From a virus (lineage: Duplodnaviria; Caudoviricetes): a stretch of DNA of 29,517 bases. The notes under the pieces are model-generated. The model had not been told where the DNA came from, did not search any database, and saw only the letters and a list, made by a program, of their open reading frames with translations. The position numbers were made by a program, and so were the translations under genes. Shown here one piece after another: positions 6,285 to 13,722 of the stretch; position 1 is the first letter of the stretch, and each line of letters starts with the position of its first letter. The stretch covers positions 1 through 29,517 of IMG/VR virus record IMGVR_UViG_3300025066_000112. One strand, 5' to 3'.

Positions 6285-7538
6285 TTAAAACTTTTTATTT
6301 GGTTGGATATTCCAGAACCTTTTTGCCACCTTGGGTTTAACTCTTTCAAAGTAGTTTGATTTTATAACCGTGGGACTATTCCCGGCGTAATGGGAGGTTT
6401 TACCAATGTCCTCAAAGGCGCATAAATGATACGAGCAATAGGTGTGGCGGAGGACGTTTGGCCGGTTCTTTAACAGGGGGATTGTGGCGGGAACATCCCG
6501 GATGGTCTTGGTTTTGGTCTGCCCCGTCTCGGATACTGTCCATGTTTTGTCCTCATATTCCCGGTTGCCTCCCTTGTGTTTCTGGTAGGTGTTGGGGTCC
6601 ACCGGCAATACTCCACCGGCCTCAAATGCTGCCCGTAACCACCCCACTTGGAACGCAGTTAAAGTGATGTAACGGGCGGCAGTCTTGCCGTTTCTAAACT
6701 TCTTTGCCTTCTCCGGGGGGATGTCAATTTGTGGGTCCTCATCGTCCAGGTCGATGTCCTCCATGGTTAGCCGGCAAGCCTCCTGGGTCCTTACCCCGCA
6801 AAACAGCACCAACACCACAATGGCAGCGGTGTAGGGGTTGGCAAAGGCTTGCTCCAACACCTGGGCTGCCTCCTCCACCGTTAAAATGTCCACCCTTGCC
6901 GCCGGTATTTTGTGCCTCTTAATGCCTTGGTTGCCCTCGGTGTCCGGGGCGGCAAACACGTTCCTCTCCCCCACGGCATACCCCTCGCGTTTTAGAAATC
7001 GCCACCAACTAGCCAACTCGTTTAGCTTGTTGTTTTTGGTCCGGGGAGACTTCCAAGCCTTGTTGTTGGCTACCCACTTGCGAACCACGGACGGGTCAAC
7101 CTCGTCCATTTTTATGTCCCCAAAATGGTTGTAGAATTGCTGCACGGCAGCCCGGGGGTGGGTGAGGTGTTCCACCCCTGCCTCCTCCAGTTGCTCAATG
7201 TAAACCTCCCCTGCCTCCCTGGCACCTATCGGCTTGCCTCCTCCGTTCTTCCCCGCCACCCGGACCACATCCATTAGGTCCACATTTGCCTCCTCCGCCA
7301 CCTTGGCTGCCTGGAGGACCTTAATCTTTTGCGCGTCCGTTAATGCCTCCCAGTTTAGGGTCTGATTCTGCCGGGATAAATCCAATGCCTTTAACCTGGA
7401 GTCCGCCTTTTTCTTGGTCCGGTGATACTCCTTGAGCCTCTTTCCTCCCACCCATTTGCAAAGGACATAATACTGGACCCCCTTAATGGTTTGCTCGTAG
7501 ATGTAATTCCCTTTGGTCCTGACTCGCTTCACCGGCAC
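6285..7538 (-). CDS. int: Tyrosine integrase
   Basis: GVRTQE (Arg), NVLRHTYCSY, AGNS and SNY (Tyr) catalytic motifs; adjacent attP. Confidence 0.95.
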   Translation of the reverse strand: MPVKRVRTKGNYIYEQTIKGVQYYVLCKWVGGKRLKEYHRTKKKADSRLKALDLSRQNQTLNWEALTDAQKIKVLQAAKVAEEANVDLMDVVRVAGKNGGGKPIGAREAGEVYIEQLEEAGVEHLTHPRAAVQQFYNHFGDIKMDEVDPSVVRKWVANNKAWKSPRTKNNKLNELASWWRFLKREGYAVGERNVFAAPDTEGNQGIKRHKIPAARVDILTVEEAAQVLEQAFANPYTAAIVVLVLFCGVRTQEACRLTMEDIDLDDEDPQIDIPPEKAKKFRNGKTAARYITLTAFQVGWLRAAFEAGGVLPVDPNTYQKHKGGNREYEDKTWTVSETGQTKTKTIRDVPATIPLLKNRPNVLRHTYCSYHLCAFEDIGKTSHYAGNSPTVIKSNYFERVKPKVAKRFWNIQPNKKF

Positions 7539-7554
7539 CTCCCCCCCCGAGAAT

Positions 7555-7689
7555 CCGTCACAACGTCACAAGCCTTGTAAACATTGGCTGAAATTAAATT
7601 CCATCCGTAACATGGGCGGGGTAGGTTGTGACGGCAGAAGCTAGAGCATACCCCCGCAAACATTGAATTGTTACGCTGTGACGGCAGAA
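7555..7689. repeat. Cluster of TGT(G/T)ACG motifs upstream of int
   Basis: TGTGACGGCAGAA at 7627-7639 and 7677-7689; inverted CCGTCACAA (7555), CGTCACAA (7564), CCGTAACA (7605); TGTTACG (7669). Confidence 0.6.
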
Positions 7690-7725
7690 TTATTAGTTGG
7701 AAACTGTTAAACAACCCGGGCGGAA

Positions 7726-7926
7726 GTTATCCCGAGTTATCCCCATAGGTCAACACTTAATTGCACAATGGGAAACAATGGGGCACTTAAATATTAATGA
7801 ATATGGGAATATGGGAACAACTAAAGGGAAACGGACACTCCTGCAAGGGGTTCGACTCCCCCCGCCTCCACCATTTTAGTGGTTATTATGGGCGTTTTTT
7901 GGAAAGGTTATCCCGGGTTATCCAGT
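7726..7926. other. attP region with integrase arm-type repeats
   Basis: GTTATCCCGA-GTTATCCCCA (7726-7745) and GTTATCCCGG-GTTATCCAGT (7907-7926) flank the core; ATGGGAA repeats between the left arm and the core. Confidence 0.8.
7847..7873 (+). other. attP core: 3' fragment of tmRNA (ssrA) or tRNA-Ala
   Basis: GGGG-TTCGACT-CCCCC-CGCCTCC-A-CCA gives T-arm, acceptor strand, discriminator A and CCA; would pair with 5' GGGGGCG to give the G3-U70 alanine determinant. Confidence 0.85.
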
Positions 7927-8143
7927 TAAGGGTTTCCTGGGATGACTTGGAGGGGGTTATTTTTAAGGTGGTGTACCACTCCTTTATTATGTCAACGACT
8001 TCCCCCATTGTTGCCAGGTTTGTGTATATTGCCTTTGCCGTTGGGTCCGACTTGATAGGCCAAAGTCTCACGCTCATGGTGAGGTTGTCGCTTTGGGATA
8101 TTTCCCACCTAAACCAATCTGATTGCCCCATGCCGGGGAGCAT
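7886..8143 (-). CDS. Hypothetical protein
   Basis: 85-aa ORF ending in the attP arm; start uncertain. Confidence 0.45.
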   Translation of the reverse strand: MLPGMGQSDWFRWEISQSDNLTMSVRLWPIKSDPTAKAIYTNLATMGEVVDIIKEWYTTLKITPSKSSQETLNWITRDNLSKKRP

Positions 8144-8170
8144 CTTGGAATGTCCTTGCGCTTGGCAAGT

Positions 8171-8401
8171 TTAAAGTTTAGCCCCGAGGTAATTGTTGGC
8201 CTGGTCCGCTGCCCGTTGGGCCTCCTCCTGGGTGCTAAATGTGTCCGAGTCTAAAGGCCAGGAGGTTAACCGGTGCAACCTAGCACCTATCGGGTTGACC
8301 ATGCCGGCGGAGAGGCTTTTAAGAACCCACTTGCGCCCCTCCTTGATTGGGGCAATTACGCCAATGTAACCACTAGGTTTAGCCCCGCTTTTTTTTGGCA
8401 T
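8171..8401 (-). CDS. Hypothetical protein
   Basis: 76-aa ORF overlapping the upstream gene. Confidence 0.6.
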   Translation of the reverse strand: MPKKSGAKPSGYIGVIAPIKEGRKWVLKSLSAGMVNPIGARLHRLTSWPLDSDTFSTQEEAQRAADQANNYLGAKL

Positions 8402-8609
8402 CCGTCTTTTTCCAAACCCAAGACTCCTTGCGGTCCAAAACTGCTTTTAGCCGTTCCACCTTGCCGGCATCGTGCAGGGCAATCAAGCGGCAGTAAGCCA
8501 CCCTCCGGTTAACCCCCATAAGCTTTGCCACCTCCTTGGTTGATGTGTAGCCCGGGGGGCACTCTCTTGGGGCAAACTCATTTGCCAAAATCTTTTGCCA
8601 GTCATTCAT
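8379..8609 (-). CDS. Small winged-helix-like DNA-binding protein
   Basis: STKEVAKLMGVNRRVAYCRLIALHDAGKVE HTH pattern; abuts the phosphoesterase gene. Confidence 0.65.
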   Translation of the reverse strand: MNDWQKILANEFAPRECPPGYTSTKEVAKLMGVNRRVAYCRLIALHDAGKVERLKAVLDRKESWVWKKTDAKKKRG

Positions 8610-9353
8610 TCAAAAGGTTTCCACTCCCGTAGGTAATACCCACCTGTCCCCTGTCCTGGTTGCCAACCAAACTTGGTGGTGCTTCTCATCGTACACCCCA
8701 AAAGCCCACCCCAGTTGCCACATTGATGTTGCCAAACGATGGGCGGCATAGGTCATGCACTCAAACTTGGCCAAGCATCCCGCCGAGAAACCTTGCGCCC
8801 TGCCGTGTCGTTTGCCGGTGGACTGTTCCACCCGGTGGAGGTGCCCCATAACCACCGAGGAGTCCGGTCCGCTCCCGTAGTGTTGCGCGTGTTCCGCCAC
8901 TGCCCGGAGGTTGGCAGTGTACCCGTGCAAAAAGTGAAGTGCCCCGGCAGAGTAAATGCCTTGGTGGTAGTGGTAGGGGATAACCTGGCAGCGGAGTTTT
9001 TTGCAATGCTTCTCCAACCGGGCAATGCCGTTCTCGGCAGCCTCCCGGACGAGTCCGTTGGAGTGTTCCTTTGCCACCCGGTAAATGCGGTGGTCATGGT
9101 TTCCCAGTAGTAGAACGTTGGGCCGGGTCCTCTCCAACACCTCAAACCCTTTGAGGGTGTCCCCTCTCAAGTCCTCATGTGCTTCCGATTCCGTTTGCCT
9201 TATGCCCTGCCGTAATGCCCGAAAGTCAAAGGCATCCCCGAGGTGGACGGTTAGGTGTGGCTTGTAGTGTTTCTTGAAACGTAAAAGGGCCTCCAGGGCG
9301 TTTTTATCCACCATATCCCCATGGGTATCCCCGAACGCTAAAAAACGTTTCAT
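8610..9353 (-). CDS. Calcineurin-like metallophosphoesterase
   Basis: GDTHG, LGDAFD, GNHD, HG and GHLH motifs; start MKRFL set by ATGA overlap. Confidence 0.9.
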   Translation of the reverse strand: MKRFLAFGDTHGDMVDKNALEALLRFKKHYKPHLTVHLGDAFDFRALRQGIRQTESEAHEDLRGDTLKGFEVLERTRPNVLLLGNHDHRIYRVAKEHSNGLVREAAENGIARLEKHCKKLRCQVIPYHYHQGIYSAGALHFLHGYTANLRAVAEHAQHYGSGPDSSVVMGHLHRVEQSTGKRHGRAQGFSAGCLAKFECMTYAAHRLATSMWQLGWAFGVYDEKHHQVWLATRTGDRWVLPTGVETF

Positions 9354-9664
9354 AACAACGATTGCCACCAACGGAAGGCGGAGGGGTTTTGCTTCCAAAC
9401 CATGCAGAGGCCGGTGGCTACTCGGTGAACAATGTTTTCCTCCTCCTTGGGGTCCACCCCCAGGGCATAAATAATGGCATGGATTACCTCATGCAGAAAC
9501 GTGTCCGCCATGGAGTCGGGTTGTTGTGCTTCGCAAATGTAAATGGTTTGGTCCGCCGGCACACACCAACCCCATGCCTCCTTGGATTCCGGGACGAGTT
9601 TGCTGCAAAATTTAACTTTCCAGGAGAGGTTTAAAACCCGGAGACGTTTGGGTCTTGAGGTCAT
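9350..9664 (-). CDS. Small HEXXH zincin-like metallopeptidase
   Basis: WGWC...QTIYI...DTFLHEVIHAI...EE. Confidence 0.75.
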   Translation of the reverse strand: MTSRPKRLRVLNLSWKVKFCSKLVPESKEAWGWCVPADQTIYICEAQQPDSMADTFLHEVIHAIIYALGVDPKEEENIVHRVATGLCMVWKQNPSAFRWWQSLL

Positions 9665-9846
9665 TGCGCTTTGCCTTCCAACTCCTGGAGGATTTCACGC
9701 ATCCGGGCATCCGGGACAAAGTAGCCGTTAAGGTTTGGGGTGTAGGGTTTCCCCTTCTCCAACCTCTCCACCACCTTGTTGCCGTCTATTACCGTGACGG
9801 TGTGACAACCGGCGAAGAGTACGCTCAAGGCGAGCATTAACAGCAT
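9661..9846 (-). CDS. Lipoprotein, o-spanin (Rz1-like) candidate
   Basis: MLLMLALSVLFAGC signal with lipobox; starts inside the upstream membrane-anchored ORF in another frame. Confidence 0.7.
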   Translation of the reverse strand: MLLMLALSVLFAGCHTVTVIDGNKVVERLEKGKPYTPNLNGYFVPDARMREILQELEGKAQ

Positions 9847-9988
9847 CCGCGTCCCCGTCCTTGATTGCCTTGTCCACGTCATGCAATGCGTCCTCCAACA
9901 ATGCCCCTCGGTCCTGCTCCTTGTTTAGTTTGCGCTTGAGCCAATACGTTACAAGGGCAGCCACAACCGCAATAAGTGCCTCCGCCAT
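9728..9988 (-). CDS. N-terminally anchored helical protein, i-spanin (Rz-like) candidate
   Basis: MAEALIAVVAALVTYWLKRK followed by a charged helical region; overlaps the lipoprotein gene. Confidence 0.6.
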   Translation of the reverse strand: MAEALIAVVAALVTYWLKRKLNKEQDRGALLEDALHDVDKAIKDGDADAVNARLERTLRRLSHRHGNRRQQGGGEVGEGETLHPKP

Positions 9989-10007
9989 GGTGCCCCCTGG
10001 GGCGGGG

Positions 10008-10208
10008 TTACTCCTTTTTCGCCAAGCCCCGGCTAACTGAATATCCGAGACTTGCCAAAACCCCGGCAACGATGCCCAACACCTTGTCCCCACCGGACTC
10101 CGGTGCAATAGTTCCAGAGGCAAAGAGTATGCCACATAATGCCGCCACCGTAGCCAACCAAAACTCGGTTGACTTGTAACCCGGTTTAATCTGTTTCTCG
10201 CTTGCCAT
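10008..10208 (-). CDS. Two-TM holin-like membrane protein
   Basis: KPGYKSTEFWL, two hydrophobic helices, basic tail; AGGAG RBS. Confidence 0.7.
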   Translation of the reverse strand: MASEKQIKPGYKSTEFWLATVAALCGILFASGTIAPESGGDKVLGIVAGVLASLGYSVSRGLAKKE

Positions 10209-10359
10209 TTTTTCTCCTAATCTCCTTAACTAAACGAACCGCAACATATCCAATGCTCAACATGGTTAATATTGCCGTCAAAATCTCGTTGATGTTGGAG
10301 AGGTTGCTAACCCATCCCAATGTTGTTACTCCCCCCACTTTTATGTCCCCCCAATTCAT
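10186..10359 (-). CDS. Small holin-like membrane protein, absent from ORF track
   Basis: Hand translation MNWGDIKVGGVTTLGWVSNLSNINEILTAILTMLSIGYVAVRLVKEIRRKNGKRETD (57 aa); ATGA overlap upstream. Confidence 0.65.
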   Translation of the reverse strand: MNWGDIKVGGVTTLGWVSNLSNINEILTAILTMLSIGYVAVRLVKEIRRKNGKRETD

Positions 10360-10655
10360 CCCCTTTTAAGTCCCATTTCATTAAGGCACATTCCTCCAAT
10401 ATAATCCTTGTCCGACTTGGTGGACTTTTTCCACTTGTCCCAATTCTCCCCCACCAGGTTAATCCTCTGGCGTATCACGGGAACAGGGTTGCGCTTGGAA
10501 AGGGTTTGCGCTTCCTCACCCTCTCCCTCCGTCCAGGTTTTAACCTCAAAACCAGTAGCCTCAAAAGTCATACCAAACTCATGGGCACCCACCAACTGCA
10601 CCTGCACCACGCTAATGGGCAGGTCCTTGGTTGCTTTGGTCTTAACCTCAAACAT
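10356..10655 (-). CDS. Hypothetical protein downstream of fibre module
   Basis: 99-aa ORF, stop/start coupled on both sides. Confidence 0.7.
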   Translation of the reverse strand: MFEVKTKATKDLPISVVQVQLVGAHEFGMTFEATGFEVKTWTEGEGEEAQTLSKRNPVPVIRQRINLVGENWDKWKKSTKSDKDYIGGMCLNEMGLKRG

Positions 10656-10861
10656 TACGGGTCCGTTGCTGCTTTCAGGCTTTCGCTCAACAACCCCATA
10701 AAATGATTGCGACTGACTTGTGCCTGTTCCGCATTCATCCCAAGTTGTGCCAGTTGCCGGTCAAGGTCTGCAACGTGGTTCACAAATCGCACTTGGTCTT
10801 TTGAAAGGTCGTTCACCTTGTATTCCGTGCCGTCGATGGTGACTGTCTGTTCGTCACTCAT
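10655..10861 (-). CDS. Small coiled-coil protein, fibre-associated
   Basis: VTIDGTEYKVNDLS followed by a heptad-like helix. Confidence 0.7.
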   Translation of the reverse strand: MSDEQTVTIDGTEYKVNDLSKDQVRFVNHVADLDRQLAQLGMNAEQAQVSRNHFMGLLSESLKAATDP

Positions 10862-11001
10862 TCGCTGGCATCAGATTCTTCCTCGCTAGATTCCTCCGCT
10901 GCCGGTGCTGCCGGTGCTGCCGCTGCTGCTGTAATAATAGCAACATACGCGGACAGCAGTTCTGGTGTCCACACCGCATTAGCGACTGCTTTAACCGTCA
11001 T
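10858..11001 (-). pseudogene. 47-aa remnant of a fibre-associated gene
   Basis: MTVKAVANAVWTPELLSAYVAIITAAAAAPAAPAAEESSEEESDASE; shares 25 bp with the end of the upstream gene; ATGA overlaps on both sides. Confidence 0.5.
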
Positions 11002-11282
11002 TCTGATTCCTCCGCTGCCGGTGCTGCCGCTGCGTCTCTGTCGGCACGATTTTTGTAATCGTCCCGCGCAACAATCAAGGCGACAACATCATCCTCGCTT
11101 GCGGGGATTTGTGTCACCGATTCGTCGGCGTACAGTTTGGGCAACCACTCCGCAATGATTCGCTTGGTGCAGTTTGCCACTTTGCCGTCAATCGCCCTCG
11201 CAACCCAATCTTGCGGGTCGAGTAGGTCGTTCTTCAAAACCGATTCCTCGGTTGCCGTTAATGTTCGCTCTGCTATTACCAT
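10998..11282 (-). CDS. Putative tail fibre chaperone/accessory protein
   Basis: 94-aa ORF directly after the C1q-type fibre gene. Confidence 0.7.
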   Translation of the reverse strand: MVIAERTLTATEESVLKNDLLDPQDWVARAIDGKVANCTKRIIAEWLPKLYADESVTQIPASEDDVVALIVARDDYKNRADRDAAAAPAAEESE

Positions 11283-11310
11283 AATATTTCGTATGTTCTA
11301 TTTCAAAAAT

Positions 11311-12252
11311 TTAACACGCAAGAAAGCCGCTGAAAAATGATTCGATTGACTCGATGTCAGTTTGCGACGTTCCGCCCGATTGGGCTACTGTTACATACGC
11401 CGTGTCGGCTGCGTCCATATCAGCCAGAACAGAAAAAGCTGCGGACATATAACTGGCATCGGACGTAAATAGCGGCGTAACGGTGTAACAGTAGGACTTG
11501 TTGCTGGTGACGATAGTAACCTGATAAAAAGTCGCAGCTATATCAACATTGTCGAGTCGTAAATGGGCACTCAACTGATACGTGCCCGTTACCGGCGCGG
11601 TGAAAGTATAAGTACCGGTGTTAAAATTTGCGCCTTGGTCAAACCTCTCTGTGTCGAATAAGACCGTGGCTACGCCGGTGGTTGCAATGTTAACTTGGTT
11701 TGTTGACAGTTTAACGCTAAACGCCGGATTGGTTGGTGCTGTTATGTTGCCGGTGACTGCAATCCCGTTCGAGAAGGTCGCGAGGCCCGCGCTTGAGATG
11801 GTGAGTGCGTCTGTCCAATCTATTGCTGCGTCTGCTACCCCGCTGGCTGCGACAGAAAATGTGTGACTCCCCGCGCCTTGTGTGTGCTTTGTTGCCGCAG
11901 CGGAGGTGGCATACCTCCATCTATCTGCGTCCGCGTTGCTGTAATAGTAGTTACTGCCGTTATACAGCCAGTCGTTCGATGACGTCATATGCGCCGTGTT
12001 GCCCAATTGCAGCGTAACTCCCGTTCCACTCCAGTTGGCATTTGGCGTTGCTCCCACGCCTACGTTTCCAGCCGACACAACCAAGTCTAAATTGTTGCTG
12101 TCGTCCTCGCTTATCGTGACGTTGCTACTCTCGTCGTTGGAGAGCCATTGCATCACGTTGGAACTCGCACCATCGGATTTGATGATTGGCTCGTTTTCGA
12201 CGGTCGTGCCGGTGGCACTTATTGCTTTTTTGTAGAGTTGAAAATTAGACAT
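11311..12252 (-). CDS. Tail fibre / receptor-binding protein with C-terminal C1q-like domain
   Basis: GNVGVG fibre repeat; PAFSV...VLFDTERFDQGANFNTGTYTFTAPVTGTYQLS...FSGFL C1q signature. Confidence 0.8.
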   Translation of the reverse strand: MSNFQLYKKAISATGTTVENEPIIKSDGASSNVMQWLSNDESSNVTISEDDSNNLDLVVSAGNVGVGATPNANWSGTGVTLQLGNTAHMTSSNDWLYNGSNYYYSNADADRWRYATSAAATKHTQGAGSHTFSVAASGVADAAIDWTDALTISSAGLATFSNGIAVTGNITAPTNPAFSVKLSTNQVNIATTGVATVLFDTERFDQGANFNTGTYTFTAPVTGTYQLSAHLRLDNVDIAATFYQVTIVTSNKSYCYTVTPLFTSDASYMSAAFSVLADMDAADTAYVTVAQSGGTSQTDIESIESFFSGFLAC

Positions 12253-12257
12253 TAGAT

Positions 12258-12572
12258 TTAACCGTAAGGCGAATAGTCAATTGCAACATAGCCACACCCG
12301 TCCCCGGCAGTGACGTTGCAAATCTCCCATTGTGCCAAAGTGAATTCCTCCCCGTTGGGTCCGGTGATGCTCAACACGTCCCCGGGTTCCAGGGGTATCT
12401 TGACTGTCCCCCCCACCTTCCGTAGGTACACCGTCCCGGCGTTTTCCGTTTCGCTTGCCTTATGCGCCACCACAATAAGGGTGTCCGCCTGGACACTACT
12501 GGCACCGAGTGCCGTGTTATCATCGGCACTTGCACTGGTTATGTATCCGTCCGTTATGCTAATCTCCGCCAT
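12258..12572 (-). CDS. Small beta-rich virion protein
   Basis: 104 aa within tail module; AAGGAG RBS. Confidence 0.65.
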   Translation of the reverse strand: MAEISITDGYITSASADDNTALGASSVQADTLIVVAHKASETENAGTVYLRKVGGTVKIPLEPGDVLSITGPNGEEFTLAQWEICNVTAGDGCGYVAIDYSPYG

Positions 12573-12578
12573 GTCGTT

Positions 12579-12606
12579 ATTTTCTCCTTAAAAGTGTCTG
12601 TTTCAA
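12579..12606 (-). promoter_or_regulatory. Putative late promoter TTGAAA-N16-GAAAAT
   Basis: ATTTGAAAC motif; -10 ends 6 nt before ATG 12572. Confidence 0.5.
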
Positions 12607-12607
12607 A

Positions 12608-13687
12608 TTATTCCGCGCCGCTGGTGTCCCGGGCACTCATCACTTGCCAAGCACCCTCGTCCCCCTCGTAAAGCAACTGGACCACCCCGTCCCCGGTAAT
12701 TACCAGGGAGGTGTCGTTTATCTTAATGCCATCCCCGGCCTCGGCGGAATTGTCATCATTTATTGTCAGTGTTTGGGTTGGGGAGTAGGCATTAACGAAT
12801 ATGTTTAAATAATACCCGTCCGCTCCCCCTGCTATGCCGTCCAGGGTTGCGTTGCCGCTAAAACCCGTGTTGTTCAACTGGATAAAACTGGAGTTGCCCA
12901 GGGCAAGGGAGTCCATGGAGGCAGACCCGGTAACGGTTGTTTTTTCCAACCTCACATAACCGGCGGCACTGGTGCTGTTACCCGTTCCACTCTTAATCCC
13001 GTCTGCCTTAACCGTTACCGTTTTTTGAATGGGAGTCCGGGCAATGGAGGTGCCGGTTATCTCTATCTCCAGGGTTGCCGTGGCACTTGCCACCGGACTG
13101 GAGTCTCCCAGGAGGAGGGTGTTGTTTACCCCTGCCGTGTTGAGGTCAAGGGTGCCCTGGTGGAATGTTTCCCAATCCACCCGGCAAGTCCCTCCCGAGG
13201 TGGTGGATGCCACCACATAATCCGTTAGGCTCAAGGCCGAGTCCGATTTGGTGGCATAAATCCCCCGCGCTTTAACCGCTAACTCGGTAATAACACCACT
13301 CGCCACTCCTTTAACAATAAGAACAGGGTCCTCGCTTGCGGCACCGAGGGGGGGTTGTAACTCGTCGTTAAGCGTGTAACCGGTGCCCCCATCCACGGGT
13401 TTGGCTGCCCCAACCCGATATTTACGGGAGAGGGTGGCACTGGAATAGGCAGTTGCCGAGGTTGCCGAGGAGGGAGATACCAGGCCAATCTTAACCGTTA
13501 GATTGTCGTTAAGGGTGGTAAACTGGGAGGAGAACCCACCGGACTCATCCGGGACCAATAAATAAACCTCCACCGGTATCTGGTCCCCCTGGACAAATGC
13601 CGGGATGTTAAGCGGTGTGGAGTCAACCGCTGACGTTACTAATTCGTCATTTTGGAGGTCAACAAAAAGCTTGAGCAAGTTTGCCAC
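12608..13687 (-). CDS. Baseplate upper / fibre-anchoring tail protein
   Basis: 359 aa, S/T/G-rich, FVQGD...VEVYLL N-terminus; GTG start. Confidence 0.65.
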   Translation of the reverse strand: MANLLKLFVDLQNDELVTSAVDSTPLNIPAFVQGDQIPVEVYLLVPDESGGFSSQFTTLNDNLTVKIGLVSPSSATSATAYSSATLSRKYRVGAAKPVDGGTGYTLNDELQPPLGAASEDPVLIVKGVASGVITELAVKARGIYATKSDSALSLTDYVVASTTSGGTCRVDWETFHQGTLDLNTAGVNNTLLLGDSSPVASATATLEIEITGTSIARTPIQKTVTVKADGIKSGTGNSTSAAGYVRLEKTTVTGSASMDSLALGNSSFIQLNNTGFSGNATLDGIAGGADGYYLNIFVNAYSPTQTLTINDDNSAEAGDGIKINDTSLVITGDGVVQLLYEGDEGAWQVMSARDTSGAE

Positions 13688-13693
13688 AAGAGG

Positions 13694-13721
13694 ATTGTGC
13701 CAAAGATTTTTGGGGTTTCAA
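13694..13721 (-). promoter_or_regulatory. Putative late promoter TTGAAA-N16-CACAAT
   Basis: ATTTGAAAC motif; TGn extension; -10 ends 6 nt before GTG 13687. Confidence 0.6.
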
Positions 13722-13722
13722 A

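Noticed and set aside
7847-7873. Complete tRNA or tmRNA gene
   Set aside because: Only the T-arm and 3' acceptor strand are present, with no matching 5' half nearby; treated as attP core
11283-11306. TTTGAAA upstream of the 94-aa fibre partner gene
   Set aside because: Only 18 nt to the ATG and lacks the ATTTGAAAC context; geometry does not fit the promoter family
10858-12252. Diversity-generating retroelement or invertible fibre switch
   Set aside because: No reverse transcriptase or invertase, no adenine-variable template/variable repeat pair, and the repeat is direct and only 25 bp
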